Shown piece after piece: positions 12,126 through 25,950 of a stretch of DNA of 64,000 nucleotides (its first letter is position 1; each line of letters starts with the position of its first letter). The DNA comes from Mobula birostris (taxonomy: Eukaryota). Where the stretch lies: assembly GCF_030028105.1 (NCBI RefSeq), contig NC_092374.1, positions 90,424,491-90,488,490 of the forward strand, in the 5' to 3' direction. Under the pieces are notes generated by a model. The model was not told where the DNA came from. It made no database searches and was given only the letters and a program-made list of their open reading frames with translations. The position numbers were made by a program, and so were the translations under genes.

Positions 12126-12260
12126 CGTCTAAAGGCCCCGCTGAAAATGGTCTTGCTGCCTGCTTCTGCCACTCCAAGGCCAGCCTTTCAACACGACTGA
12201 TAAACCAGCCTTGGTGACGTATGATACAGAGTGACTTGCGCATTTTCATTTTCGCTGTCG
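12126..12260 (-). other. Candidate coding first exon (MKMRKSLCIIRHQGWFISRVERLALEWQKQAARPFSAGPLD)
   Basis: Open frame from ATG to strong donor ACG|gtgagt at 12126/12125 (phase 1); no homology recognised. Confidence 0.3.
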
Positions 12261-13921
12261 TGTTGATTTGGGGGAGGGGGTGGGGACACTGGAAGATTAA
12301 TTTTGAATTCAAACAAACGGATTGGATATGGATGGTCAAATATACCGAAATGTAATATTGAAATCTCCGAACCAGAAGCATTGAAATCAGATTTATTACC
12401 CCTGACATTTTCCCTAAAAATTGTTGTTTTGTGGCAGCAAGAGATAAAAATTGCTGTAAATAAGTGCAATATTACAAGGTAGTACTCATAGGTTCATTAT
12501 CTGTTCAGATATCTGATGGTGGAGGGAAACCAGCTGTTCCCCTCTGCCATCAGATCAGAGTAACAATCAATTTGTCCTCCTTTCATGTGTGCACTGAAGA
12601 AAGACAATGAACAATCCTGAATCTGTAAATGTCATCTTTTTACACCTCGCAATAGTGATGGCTGGGATTCTTTCAATTTGGGAACCGCTGTCTTTTCACT
12701 TGTTCGACATTTTAGTGTATTAGTCCATGTTTTCCTGCAGATTTTAAACACAGTCTGTCAGGCCCCTTGGCCCATCACATTCGGTGCCTATTTCATTAAC
12801 CCCACTGACCAGCACCTCAATAATGGTGTCTCAAGAAGGTGGCATCATCACCGAGGGCTCTCGCCACCCGAGATGTACCAGATTTATTTATCACAAGTAC
12901 ACTGAGACGTACAGTGAAATATGTTGTTTGTGGTGCAGCCCAAGGATGTGCTCGCAAGTGTGGTCACACATTCCGGCACCAACGAACTACCCCACCACGT
13001 TTGGCAGAACAACACAGACCATACCAAGCGACGAAGCAGCAGCCAAACAACCCTCCCTCCCTCCCACCCACCCATGTCTGCAGTCCTCTCAACCCAGGGC
13101 AGGCCATCTTCGGCCTCGAGCCATTCCGGCACCAGTGACTGCATACCTCACTCAGTGTTCCACAGGACAGCACAAACAAAGCAAGATGCCAATGGCAAAA
13201 CACGCACTCGTCCCTCCCACCAGCTCACTCGCACAGCCAGTCCCTGGATAGGCCACCGCCGGGCTTTGAGTCCTTGTTCTCAAAGTCACACAGTCAATGG
13301 GCTCCAACTTCGGTCTTCAGCCCATTGAGCCACAGTTCTGGCCTTCGGGCATCAACTCCCAGACCCCTAGGGATCTCTGACCCTGGTCTTCTCGTAACTA
13401 CCTCCAGGGAAGAGGTACAGGAACCTGAAGACCCACACTCAATGATCCATAAACAGCTTCTACCCACCCCCCACCATTGGATTTCTGAATGGTCCATAAA
13501 ACCCTTGACACTACCCCTTCTCTTTGCCATTCCCCACCCTCCCAACCTACTCCTCACCCTCGCCTCCTTCCCCTTATTCTCTCCTATCAGAGCTCATCCT
13601 TTTCCGCTCCTTCCCTCTTCCACCTATCAAATCCCAGCCTCTCACTTCATTCCCACTCCACACCTCCCTCTCACTTGGCCTGTGAGCTTATACTCCTGCC
13701 CCTCCCCATAGCATTTTATTCTGGCTTCTGCACCTGCCTCACCTCACCTCACTGTCCAGTCCTGATGAAGGGTTCGGGCTTGGAATGTTGACTGTTCATT
13801 TCCCTCCACAGATGTAGCATGGCCTGATCAGTTTCTCCAGCATTTTTAGTGTGCAATACTACCTTGCTATTCCTTTTATCTGCACAATTAATTTAGTTGT
13901 GTAACTTATAGTAATTCTCTA

Positions 13922-14470
13922 CACTCAGTGGCCATTTTACAAGGAACCTCCTGTACCTAATAAAGTGATATCTGAGTGTTTGTTCATGGTCTTCTGCTGC
14001 TTAGCCCATCCACTGCATGGTTCAATGTGTTGTGCGTTCAGAGATGCTCTTCTGCACACCACTGCTGTAACATGGTTATCTGAGTTACTGTCACCTTCCT
14101 GTCAGCTTGAACTAGTCTGGCCATTCTCCTCTGACCTTACCCATTAACACGGCGCTTCCACCCCCAGAACTGCCCGTCCCAGAACGTTTTGTTTTTTGCA
14201 CCCTTCTCGGGAAACTTTAGAGACTGTTGTGCATGAAAATCCCAGGAGATCAGCAGTTTCTGAGATGCTCAGATCACCCTATCAAGCACCAACAATCACT
14301 CCATGAACAAAGTCAATTAGATCAGAATTCTTCCCCATTCTGATGTTTGGTCTGAACAACAACTGAACCTCTTGACCATGGCTGCGTGCTTTTATACGTT
14401 GATTTGCTGTCACATGATTGGCATTAGTGAGCAGGTGTACAAGTGCACCTAATAAAGAGGCCACTGAGTC
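13922..14470 (-). mobile_element. Non-autonomous Tc1-like element
   Basis: TA-flanked TIRs cactcagtggcc... / ...ggccactgagtc; remnant N-terminus MGKNSDLIDFVHGVIVGA; second copy at 61379-61927. Confidence 0.8.
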
Positions 14471-14796
14471 TAACTTTGCACTATGACTGCAAAACAACAA
14501 ACTTCATGATACATACAATAAGTCAGAGATAGTAAATCTGAGTTTGATTCACCTGTTCTGTAGCTTCCCATCCCTTGGCAATGAGAATACTTCCTAAATT
14601 TTGGGAGCGTCTTTGCCTCCACTAATCCCTCAGGCAATAAGTAGTGGGTTCCAGAACCCCCTGGGTGAAAAATTTCTCCTTGAAATCCCCTCTCTAAATT
14701 TACAAGGATGTTGTCAGGACTTGAGGACCTGAGTTATAGGGAAAGGTTGAATAGGCTAGAATTTTATTCCTTGGGGTGCAGGAGGAGGGAAATCTT

Positions 14797-15550
14797 ATAG
14801 AAGCATAGAAACATAGAAAATAGGTGCAGGAGTAGGCCATTCGGCCCTTCAAGCCTGCACCGCCATTCAGTATGATCATGGCTGATCATCCAACTCAGAA
14901 CCCTGTACCAGCCTTCCCTCCATACCCCCTGATCCCTTTAGCCATAAGGGCCATATCTAACTCCCTCTTAAATATAGCCAATGAACTGGCCTCAACTGTT
15001 TCCTGTGGCAGAGAATTCCACAGATTCACCACTCTCTGTGTGAAGAAGTTTTTCCTAATCTCGGTCCTAAAAGGCTTCCCCTTTATCCTCAAACTGTGAC
15101 CTCTCGTTCTGGACTTCCTCAACCTCGGGAACAATCTTCCTGCATCTAGCCTGTCCAATCCCTTTAGGATTTTATACGTTTCAATCAGATCCCCCTCAGT
15201 CTTCTAAATTCCAACGAGTATAAGCCTAGTTCATCCAGTCTTTCATCATATGAAAGTCCTACCATCCCAGGAATCAATCTGGTGAACCTTCTTTGTACTA
15301 CCTCTATGGCAAAGATGTCTTTCCTCAGATTAGGGAACCAAAACTGCACACAATACTCCAGGTGTGGTTCTCACCAAGGCCTTGTACAACTGCAGTAGTA
15401 CCTCCCTGCTCCTGTACTCGAATCCTCTTGCTGTAAATGCCAGCATACCATTCGCCTTTTTCACCGCCTGCTGTACCTGCATGCCCACCTTCAATGACTG
15501 GTGTATAATGACACCCAGGTCTCGTTGCACCTCCCCTTTTCCTAATCGGA
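14797..15550 (-). mobile_element. CR1 LINE, 5'-truncated, fairly young
   Basis: ORFs 15330-15575 and 14895-15158 (TRGHSLRIKGKPFRTEIRKNFFTQRVVNLWNSLP); (ctatgttt)-type tail. Confidence 0.88.
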
Positions 15551-16494
15551 AGGTGTTCAAAGATTCAAAGTACATTTATTATCAAAATACATATGCAGTA
15601 TACAACCCTGAGATTTGTCTTCACACAGACAGCCACAAAACAAAGAAACACCATGGAATCCGTTTAAAGAAAAACATCAAACTCCCAATGCCGAAAAGAA
15701 AGAACAAATTGCATGCACAGCAAGAAAAAAGAATGAATGAAAAACACAGAGTAGAAAACGGCAAATCACAGAGACATCGAAAGAGTCCAGGTATATTCCG
15801 TTCAGCTCAGTTCAGTTCAATCCAGCGCCATGTCTCTCGCTATCTGCAGGCCACAGCACCAGCCCGCCTCGATCAAGATAGCACCAGGACAGCAACAACA
15901 AAAAACTGAGTGTCCAGAAACCAGAAACACGGCATAACGTGAACTACAGAGTCCATTCCACAGCCAACGTCAATTAAACTTTGCCCAAAACCCATGCAGT
16001 CTGGCACCATCCTCCGGCAGCATCAAGGAAGAGAGAGAGAAACCATCCAACCGTAGACAGATCATCTCACTCTGGGATCAGTGAGTGAGAGGGAAAGAGA
16101 GAGACTGTTCGTATGTAGATGAAGGGGATAATCAGGGTAAATACATGCAGGCTTTTCCCCCTCAGGTTGGGTGAGTCGAAAATTAGAGGCCATGGGTTTA
16201 GAGCAATATGCAAAATGTATAAAGGGAACACACACATACACAAAAGACAATGGGGGATCTGTGGGTAGATATCAACTGCGGAGAGGAATAAACAGTTTTC
16301 TTCATACAATGGACGAAACTGCTGATTCGGAAAAGGCAGACAGTGGGAGTGTGTGTTTCATGATAAGGAAGAAGCTTCTGCCCCGATTCATTTCAAATCG
16401 TAGTCAGAGTTTTCAGTCAGGCTTGTTTGAAGAAATCCCTGCCCAATTAGCATCACCATATACCCTGTAGCACCAGAGGTCCCAGCACACTAGA

Positions 16495-16990
16495 CCTTGA
16501 ACGGAAAATCCTACAAAATAGCACCATCCATCATCGGGGGGCCACCATCATGCAGGTTATGCTCTCTCTGCTCGCTGCTACCATCGGGGAGAAGGTACAG
16601 GATCCTCAGGACTCGCACCACCAGGTTCAGGAACAGTTATTACCCCTCAACCATCAGGGTCTGGAACCAGAGGCGATAACCTCACTTAACTTCACTTGCC
16701 CCATCGCAGACCTGTTCCTTCAAGCTATGGACTCACTTTCAGGGACTCTTCATCTCACGTTCTCAGTTATTGCTTATTATTTATTATTATTATTATTATT
16801 ATTTTTTGCTTTTCTGTTTAACATCTTGTTGTCTTTTGCACTCTGGTTGTCCACCCTGTTGGTGCAGTCTTCCAATGATTCTATTATGGTGACTGGTTTT
16901 ATTGACTATGCCTCAAGACAACGAATGTCAGGATTGCATGTGCTGACACACATGTGCTTTGATAATAAATTTACTTTGAACTTTTAGACC
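16495..16990 (+). mobile_element. Rex1-like LINE 3' fragment
   Basis: LLPSGRRYRILRTRTTRFRNSYYPSTIR; tail gataataaatttactttgaacttt. Confidence 0.78.
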
Positions 16991-17309
16991 TTGAACTTGG
17001 CTGCCTGACCTGCTGAGTTCCTCCAGCATTTTGTGTGTGTTTCTTGCATTCCCAGCATCTGCAAATTTTCTCTTGTTTGTGATTGGAAATAACCCTGCAA
17101 GTCAGACGGCATCTGTAGAGAGAGAAACAGATGATATTTTAGGGGCAAAGCTTCTAATACCTGAAATCTTGACTGTTCTTTTTTTCCATTAATGCTGCCT
17201 GATGGTGAGAATTTCCAACATCTATTTTTATTTCCTACTACATATGCTACTTTTATACACCTCTATCAAGTCCCCCCTCAGCCGCCTCTGCTCCAAGGAA
17301 AACAAACAC

Positions 17310-18620
17310 AGCATAACTATTCATGATATACATTAATGATTTGGACTGAGTTTAGCATATCTAAGTTTGCTAATGACACTACATTAGGTGGAAAATCAAA
17401 TTGTACAGAGGATGAGGAAGGTCAGCAGGGAGATATAGATAGGTTAAGTGAATGGACAAGAGTCTGGCAGATGGAGTACAATGCTGATAAATATGAGATC
17501 ATCCACTTTGAAAGGAAAAATAGAAGATTAGATTACAAACACGAGAAAATCAAGAGGAACACACACAAAATGCTGGAGGAACTCAGCAGGTCAGGCAGCA
17601 TCTATGGATAAGAATAAACAGCTGATGTTTCAGGCCGAGACCCTTTGTCAGGACTGAGTGGAAAGAGGGGAGATGTCTGAATTAAAAGGTGGGGGGAGGG
17701 GAAAGAGGCTAGCTGAAATGTGTTAGGTGAAGTCAGGTAGGAAGGAAAGGTTGGAGAAGAAAAGGCTGGAGAAGAAAAAATCTGATGGGAAAGGAGTGTG
17801 GACAATAGGAGAAAGGGAAGGAGGAGGGGACCCAGGGGAAAGTAAAAGGGAGGTGAGAAGACGTAAAAGGCCAGAGTGGGGTATGGAGGATTAGATTATT
17901 ATTTAATTGGTGAAAGATTGCAGCATGCTGCTGTGCCAAGGGACTTGAGAGTGCTTGTGCATAGATTGCAAAAGATTGGTTTACAGGTGCAATAGGTTGG
18001 CAAGAAGGCAAATGGAATGTTGGCCTTTATTGTATAGGGACTGAATTTACAGCAGGGAGGTTATGCTGCAATGTACAGGGTATTGGTAAGGTCACACCTG
18101 GAGAACTGGGTAGTTGTGGTCTCATTGCTTGAGGAAAGATATACCGGCTGTGGAGGCACTGCAGAGGAGATTCACCACATTAATTCCAGAGATGAAGGAG
18201 TTAACCTATGAGGAGAAATTGAGTCCCCTGGGACTATACTTGCTGGAAGTCAGAAATATGAGAGGGGAACTTACAGAAACATACATTATGAAAATGATGA
18301 TAAGGTAGTAGCAGGAAAGTTGTTTCCACTGGTAACTAGAGGACATAGCCACAAGATTCTGGAGAATAGATTTAGGATGCAGATGAGGAGAGACTGCTTT
18401 TCCCACTGAGTCGTGAATCTGTGGAATTCTCTGCCCAGGGAAGCAGTAGAGGCTTCCTCATTAAATGTATTTAAGACACAGTTAGACAGATTTTTTGCAT
18501 TGCAGGGGAATTAAGTGTTATGGGAAAAAGACAGGTCGATGAAACTGAGTGCACGGCCAGATCAGATATGAGCTTAATGGGAAAGATGATCTAATTCTGC
18601 TCCTAGTTCTTAAGTTTTTT
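17310..18620 (+). mobile_element. CR1 RT/3' fragments interrupted by a Penelope-derived segment (~17555-17900, minus)
   Basis: SKFANDTTLGG, WQMEYNADK, LQRRFTTLIPEMKELTYEE. Confidence 0.75.
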
Positions 18621-18889
18621 TTAAGTTATCCAGTCTCTCCTCATAGCTAAGGAGTTTCATCCTAAGGTAACATCCTGGTGAATCTCTGCAACCTCTCCAG
18701 TATAATCAAGGATCAGCTTTATCCGCCATATTCAGGAAATTTGCTGAAGTGTGTTGGTGCGACATGCAACAACAAAAAATTCCATTATCATAAAGAGTAA
18801 AGAATTATATAAAATATAAATTTAGAGGTCTAAGTACAGATATGGAATAAAATGTGCATAGATACATAAATTGTTCCTCCCCGAGCCTT

Positions 18890-19062
18890 GTGACGCATTG
18901 GGCGGCAACCTTGCAGTTTCTTTAGCATTTTGTTTTTTATGAGGCCAAGTTGCTAGCTCGATGCTGGATGGAGAGTGTGCAAGGAGCCGGACAGATCCAA
19001 ACCTGGGATCACTCGCCTCGAAACCCGGTATGGAAATCAATATACCACCAGTCGGCGCAAAT
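18890..19062 (-). mobile_element. tRNA-derived SINE family C
   Basis: Related + strand copy at 60655-60815 has B-box-like gtgttcgaatc. Confidence 0.55.
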
Positions 19063-20429
19063 ATGTAAATACCAGCATCCATTTACAATGTAAAAGGCAT
19101 TTTAAAAAAAATGGTTTAAAGTGCAGTGCGGTGATGGGGGTAATAGACAGAAGGGGGAGTGGGTTAACTAGGATGGTCAATCAGATTGACTGACTGGGGC
19201 AAGAAGCTTTTAAGGTGGCGTGAAGTTTTTGTTTTAACAATGCTCTCGCGCTTTTCAGAAGTGAGCTTTCAGAAAAGGCAGTTTGCAGGGTGGGTAGAGT
19301 TCGCCTTGATTTTTCCACCCACTTGTTTGTCCTGGACACAGACGAGTCCTGCAGTGATGGTAGACTGCAGCCAATGACCTTTCCTGCTGACCTGACTGTT
19401 GGCTGTCGTTTCTGTATATTGTGCGAGGATGCTGTGCCAAACCAGACAGTAATAGCAATCACGCCCTTTGGGCTAAAACTCTGTAAATCAGTTCCAGTTT
19501 AAAATAAACAACTGCTTTGAGCACCAGCATTTAGAGAGCAAGGTGATTTTTTTTTCTCTCTCTCTTTCTCTCTCAGAACAAAGGCTAGGAGGGTTCCTTG
19601 ATTATGTTGGCTGCTTTCCTGGGGCAGTGGGAAGTGTAGACAGAGCCAGTGGTGGAGAGGTTGGTTTCTGTGATGTGCTGAGTTGTGTCCACAAGCCTCT
19701 GGAGTAATACATGCAAAATGGTGGAGGAACTCAGAGAGTCAGGCAGCCTTCTCCATGGTTTCGGCTTGAAATATTGCTCCTGACCTGCTGAGTTCCTGCA
19801 GCGTTTTTGGGCGTGTTGCTCTACATTTCCAGCATCTGCATCGATTTCTCGAACTTCCGCTAATTGGCCCCACTTCCTCTCCTTCACCATTCCTTATTCC
19901 TGTTTCCCTCACTCACCTTAGCTCCTTACCTGCCCATCACCTTCCTCTGGTGCTTCTCCCCCTTCCCTTTCTTCCATGGCCTTCTGTCCTCTCTTATCAG
20001 ATTCCCCCCTTCTCCTGTATCTCTTTCACCAACTAATTTCCCAGCTCTTTACTTCGCCCCCACCCCCTCTCCCAGTTTCACCTATCACCTGCCACCTTGT
20101 ACTTCTTCCTCTGCTCTCCCCACCTTTCCACTCTGACTTCTCCCCTTCCTTTCCAGTCCTGATGGAGAGTCTCGACCTGAAACATCAGCAGTTTACTCTT
20201 TTCCATAAGATGCTGCCTGCTGAGTTCCTCCAGCATTTTGTGTGTTGCTTTGGATTTCTAGCATCTGCAGAATCTCTTGTGGTTATGATTCCCAACTCTC
20301 AGCAATTTCTTGCGGTTTTAGGCAGCATAGTTGCCATATCAAGCTGTGATACATTTCGAAAAGATGCTTTCTGTGGTGCATTGATAAAAATTGGTGCAGG
20401 TCAACAAAGACTTGCTGAACTTTTTACCC

Positions 20430-20945
20430 TCCTAATCCCCGTATCTAAGGAAGGATGTGTTGGCATTGGAGAAGGTCCAGAGGAGGTTGACAAGAATGAT
20501 CCCGAGAATTAAAGGATTAATGTATGAAAAGCATTGAATGACACTGAGTCTGTACTCACTGAAGTTTATAAGAATGGGTGTTTGGGGAAATTGCATTGAA
20601 TATTGAAGAACCTAGATAAAGTGGGCGTGGGGAGATAAAGTTTCCAATAGTAGGAGAGTCTAAGACAAGGAAGCACAGCCTCAGAGTAGGACGCTCCTTT
20701 AGATCAGAAATGAGGAGGAATTTCTTTAGCATGAGGGTGTTGAATCAGAGGTATTCCTTACCACAGATGGCTGTGGAAGCCTAATCATTACCTCCAGTGG
20801 CTGTTGATAGATTCTTGAAAAGTAAGGACATCAAAGGTGTCAGTAAGGACATTAGAAGATTGGAGAATGGGTTTGAGAGGGAAATTAGATCTAGAACAGA
20901 CTTGATGAGCTGAATGGCCTAATTCTTCTCCTATATTTTATGTCC
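20430..20945 (+). mobile_element. CR1 3' fragment
   Basis: LEKVQRRLTRMIP..RGHSLR..RSEMRRNFFS. Confidence 0.7.
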
Positions 20946-21264
20946 TTATGCTCTCCTGAGGAAGTGGGAGCACTGTTGAGGTTTCATCACAAGAGAGTCA
21001 ACGTGCCTGGACTGGTGCAAATTATTTGGTGATATTTACACCGAAGAACTACAAAGTTTTGTATCATCTCCACATCAGCACCATTGGTACAGACAGGGAC
21101 ATGCGCTCAGCCTTGCAGAGGGAGCTGGGCAGTGGCTCCCGTTTCACTCTGCCAGAGTGATCTACAACCCGATGGAATGAAGAATGAATTCTCCAACATC
21201 TGGTAACCAGAATGGCACAATTCTGCTCCCATGTTCTATCCTCCAAGAGGACTACAACAAGGGC

Positions 21265-21658
21265 TTCGAAGCTTGCGTGCCTCAATGACCCAGAGAGCTT
21301 GTTGGCTGGAGCCAGGGCTTTATGATTTGGCTCTTGGTAGGGTCACCCATGCCAGACAGGTCAAAGGATAGAGGCCAGGTTAAGTGGTCCACTGGTCCTC
21401 CAGTTCTGGGGGTTCAGCTCATGGCTAACAACCCTGATTGGTAAAACAAAAATTATTATGGAAGCAGTAATGAAGAGTCTTCCTACATCTGAGTGTGATG
21501 GTATTCCTGAGTCTCCACCAAGGACTTGCATGACTAACAGTAGTGAAAACCAAGAGGAAGCTATAGTCACGATGAAGGAAGCCCTGAACACCACAAGAGA
21601 TGAAGGGTCTTCATTGCTGCCAGAAGCACCAGGGGCATGACTGGCAGTAAGTAAATAA
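21265..21658 (+). mobile_element. Internally deleted RTE-like non-autonomous retroelement
   Basis: 5'UTR-like agggtcacccatgccagacaggtcaaagg; LINE-end-like 3' part; (agta)n tail. Confidence 0.45.
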
Positions 21659-22689
21659 GTCTTATGTTAGTTTGGGTAGGTTATTGTGCAATGGAAAGGA
21701 AGCAGAGAATACAGGTGAGTGATATGCTTTAACTGGAGGAAGGGCAATTAATGTTAGCAGGCCAAGAGCTGACCTCGTAGAAGTCTATGACATCATGAGG
21801 GGTATGGATAAGGTGGCTAGTCAGTCTTTTCCCCAGGGTTGGGGAAGGCACAGATAAGTCGGATGAGACCTGAGAAGCACCTTCTTCACACAAAGGGTAG
21901 TGAGTACCTGGATTGAGCTGCCTGAGGAAGTGGTCAAGGCGGGTACAATTGCAGCATTTAAGAGGCATCTGGATAGGTACACAGAGGGGCTTGGAGAGTT
22001 TTGGGCCAAATCGGGCCATTGGACTAGCAGAGAGGATGCTGTAGCTGGCATAGATGAGTTGGGCTGAAGGGCCTGTTTCTGTGCCGTTGAATCACTGACT
22101 CTATGGCTCTAGTGGAGCGCTCTGAGTCACTGGTTTTATTATAAATGACATCAATCTTGTTTTGGAAGTAACGTTTCAAATTCTGCAGAATCAGGTTTAT
22201 TATCACTGGCACATCTCAGTAAATCTTTTGCATTGCAGCAAAAGTAGTAACAAATAGTAATAAAAAATTACTATAAATTACAATAAGATTATGTAGAAAA
22301 AAATTATCATCATCAATTTTCTGCCGTGTCATATGACATAGGTGATCATGGTCTTATGACTATGACGGTTCTTGGCAATTTTTTTCTACAGAAGTGGTTT
22401 GCCATTTCCTTCTTCTGGTCAGTGTCTTTACAAGATGGGTGACCCCAGACATTATCAATACTCTTCAGATTGTCTCCCTGGCGTCAGTGGACTTGTGATG
22501 AGCACCAGCTGCTCATACGGCCATCCACCACCTCACCACCTGCTCCTATGGCTTCAGGTGGCCCTAATTGGGGGGGGGGGCACTGAGCAGGTGCTACACC
22601 TTACCCAAGGGTGACCTGCAGGCTAGCGGAGGTAAGGAGCGCCTTACACCTCCTTTGGTAGAGATGCATCTCCACCCTGCCATGCAAAA

Positions 22690-23610
22690 ATAAGTCATGC
22701 CAAAAGCAAAGCAAAGTAGTGAGGTAGTGTTCATGCGTTCATGGACCATTCAGAAATTGGAAGGAGGAGGGGAAGAAGCTGTTCCTAATGTCTTAGGGCA
22801 CCTGTATCTCCTCCCTGATGCAAGTAATGAGAAGCGGGCATGTCCTAGATGGTGGGGGTCTTTCATGATGGACGCTACCTTCTTGAGGCATTGCCTTTTG
22901 AGGATGTCCTCGGTGGTGAGGAGGTTAGTGCCCATAATGGAGCTGGCTGAGCTTAGAAACCTGTGAAGCTTTTTCTGATCTTGTGCAGTGGTCTCTCTAT
23001 GGGGATTGTGAAGTAAGAAGCTAGAATCTCCATCGTACATCTGTAGAAATTTGCTAGAATCAATTAGAATCAGAATTAGTTTTAGTACTACTGGTATATG
23101 TTGTGAAATTTGATTTTCTGAGGCAGCAGTAAATGCCAATACATAGTAATAAAAATTGTAAGTTACAATGATTATATGCAAAAAAAGAAAATTTAATTTA
23201 GTAAGTAGTGCAAAAAGAAGGAAAAAAATTCTGAGGTGGTGTTGATGGGTTCATTGTCCATTCAGAAAACTGATGATAGAGCGGAAGAATGAGTGTGTGT
23301 CTTCAGGCTCCTCTACCCCTCCATGATGGTATCAGTAAGAAGAGAACATGTCTTGGACGATGGGGGTCTTTAATGATGGAGGCCACCTTTTGGGGGAGTC
23401 CTGGATGCTGTGGTGCCTCGTGCCCATGATGGAATTGGCCGAGTTTAGAAAGCTCATAGCCTTTTCTGATTTTGTGGATTGGCGTCTCCATACCAGACGC
23501 TGATGCAAGCAGTCACAAAGCTCTCTATGGTACATTTCTAAAAATATGCAAGATATTTTGGCGACATAATGACGTTCCAAACTCTTAATGAAATGTAGCC
23601 ACTGGCATAT
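22690..23610 (-). mobile_element. Two Rex1-like 3' fragments
   Basis: CLKKVASIMKDPHHLGHARFSLLASGRRYR; KVASIIKDPHRPRHVLF. Confidence 0.75.
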
Positions 23611-25739
23611 TTCAATTATATAGGCAGAGAGATTACTGAACCGTGTAGATGTATGCAGGAGCTAATTTAGTGTTGTGGATGAAAGTGAAGCTCTTGCAGA
23701 GAAATGTTGTGAGATTAGAGTGTTATCTAAATGGTTAACAGAAAATGCAGAATTAACGCTTGTTAAAATCTGCAGGTCAGGGAGTCTCTGAACGGAGAGC
23801 AGCATATTTAATATCTCAGCTCCCATAAAATAAGCTGAAATATTAACATCTGCTATTCTTCTGATATCACGAGTATTACTGAATATAGAACTTAGATCAG
23901 TATAAACACATTGATTTTTCTAACCTGGCAATTTCTTCCCCCTCCACCTTCCCTTCTCCTCGCAGGTCCATCGCCTACCTCCTGTGTCCCCCTTCTCCTT
24001 CCCCTTCTCCCATGGTCCATTCAGCTCTTCTATCGGATTCCTCCTTCTCCAGGCAGTCACCTCTTCTACCTATCGCCTCCCAGTCTCACCTCTCACCTGG
24101 CAGCTTGTACTCATTCTCCTTCTCATTCTGGCTCGTTCCCTCTTCCCTTCCAGTTCTGACGAAGGGTCTCGACGTGAAGCGCTGACTGTTCATTCCCTCG
24201 AGTTCCCGCAGCGCACTTTGTGTGTAACACAGCATAGGAACAGGCCCTTTGGCCCGTCATATGCATTAAAATTAATTGTCTTTTGCCATATAATCTCATT
24301 TCCCTCCAGTTGCTGCACCTTTTTAAAAACCACTGTGGTGTCTGTTTCCACCACCCTCCGTTAAAAAAAACTTGCCCCGCACATCTCCATTAAATTCCCC
24401 CTCCCCTCGCCATACATGCTAATTTTCTAGTATTTGTCATTTTTACTCGGGGGGGGGGGGAGATTCGGACTGTCTATACGATCTAAAGCTCCCATAATTT
24501 TATAAACTTCTATCAGCTTCTTCTCCTCTGCCATCCGATTTCTGAATGGACGTTGTACACATGAACACTACCTCACTACTTTTTTATTCCTATATTTTAT
24601 ATTACTTATTGAACTTAATTATTTAATATACATACTCACTGTAACTCCGTTTTTTTTGTCTATAATTATGTATTGCATTGTACTGCTGCCGCAAAGTTAA
24701 CAGATTTCACGTTACCTACCGGTAATATTAAACCTATCAGCCAATGTCCCTGCAGAGAAAACAGCCCAAATTTGCTCAGCTTCTCCTGATAACTTCCCCT
24801 CTAAACCAGGCAGCACCTTAGTGAATCTATCGGTTTCTGGAGAGCATCCCATCTGAATGCATCACAGCTACAGTGTCCCGAGGAACGGTCTCGGCACAAA
24901 ACATCGACTATTTATTTACTCCTTTTTATAGATGCTGACTGGTCTGCTGAGTTCCTCCAGCATTTTGCGTGTTGCATCTGCAGATTTTCTCGTGTTAGGT
25001 ATTACTGTCATTTTTACACATTTTTTTTACCGATCGCAAGAACAATGCTGGACATTAAGAATTCAAAGTGTATCACATCAGCGAGTTGCTCGTTAGCGGA
25101 AAAAAACTGGAAGGAGCTGGACTTGGATCGTGCTGCCGCCTGCGACCGACATCCGTCGGAGGAATCGGTGCGCGAAGGAGGCGTGCAGTCTTATAGCGAG
25201 CGAGCAATCGTCTTAGTTGTTTTTCCTGTGAGCGCAAGACTCTGTTGACATTCTTAATTTTAGATTCTGCAAGTCCGATTCATTGATATCGGCGGGGTAA
25301 GATGCATGGCCTCGGTCGTAGCGAGCGCAGAGTGAGAAAATCTGCAGGTGCTGGACATCTCAGCAACACACACAAAATGCTGGAGGAACTCAGCAGGCCA
25401 GGCAGCATCAATAGGGGGAAAAAGGTACAGTCGACGTTTCGGGCCGAAACCCTTCGGAAGGACTGGAGAGAAAAAAAAACAACTGAGGTCAGCATCTATC
25501 ACAAACTCGAGAAAATCTGCAGGTGCTGGAAATCCAAGGCTAATAGATGCTGCCTGGCCTGCTGAGTTCCTCCAGCATTTTGTTTTGCTCAAGCCGCGGT
25601 GTCGCCTTTTCACAGCCGTCCAGGAGACAGGCCTAAGATTGTGTTCGACTGCAGACTTCTGCAACTCAAGGTCTTGGAGTTTATTTCGCGTTTGTATTTT
25701 ACTGACATAAGTACTTTGAGATCCGTTATCTGCAACACG

Positions 25740-25950
25740 GCAAGAGGAATGAAAAGCGCACATTGCTGATTGACAGGAAGTATACAGTGCGCATGGTAAG
25801 TTCTCTTAGTGGAGGTCCTGTGTGAGCTGTTCTTAATTGGCTGGAAGTCCAGAAGCCGGAAGTTCGCGGAACGGCGTGTCTTTTCGTTTCACCCCTCCGT
25901 GGAGGTCGACTGCGCCATCCATGGTATCTGACTCTGGGGTTTGGGTTCTG
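25740..25950 (+). promoter_or_regulatory. CpG-enriched promoter / alternative first-exon region of the IgSF gene
   Basis: ETS-type caggaagt (25774) and ccggaagt (25856), attgg (25836), tgcgcatg (25788), TCT-like tcttttc (25879); donors ATG|gtaagt (25795) and CTG|gtgaga (25950). Confidence 0.55.
25921..25950 (+). CDS. IgSF gene, candidate coding exon 1 (MVSDSGVWVL); alternative is ATG-only exon end at 25793-25795
   Basis: ATG plus phase-0 donor gtgaga; compatible with phase-0 acceptor at 43592. Confidence 0.4.

Noticed and set aside
10364-12132. Long ORFs of 455, 351 and 209 aa
   Set aside because: Pro/Ser/Leu-rich artefacts of C/T low-complexity DNA lacking stop codons.
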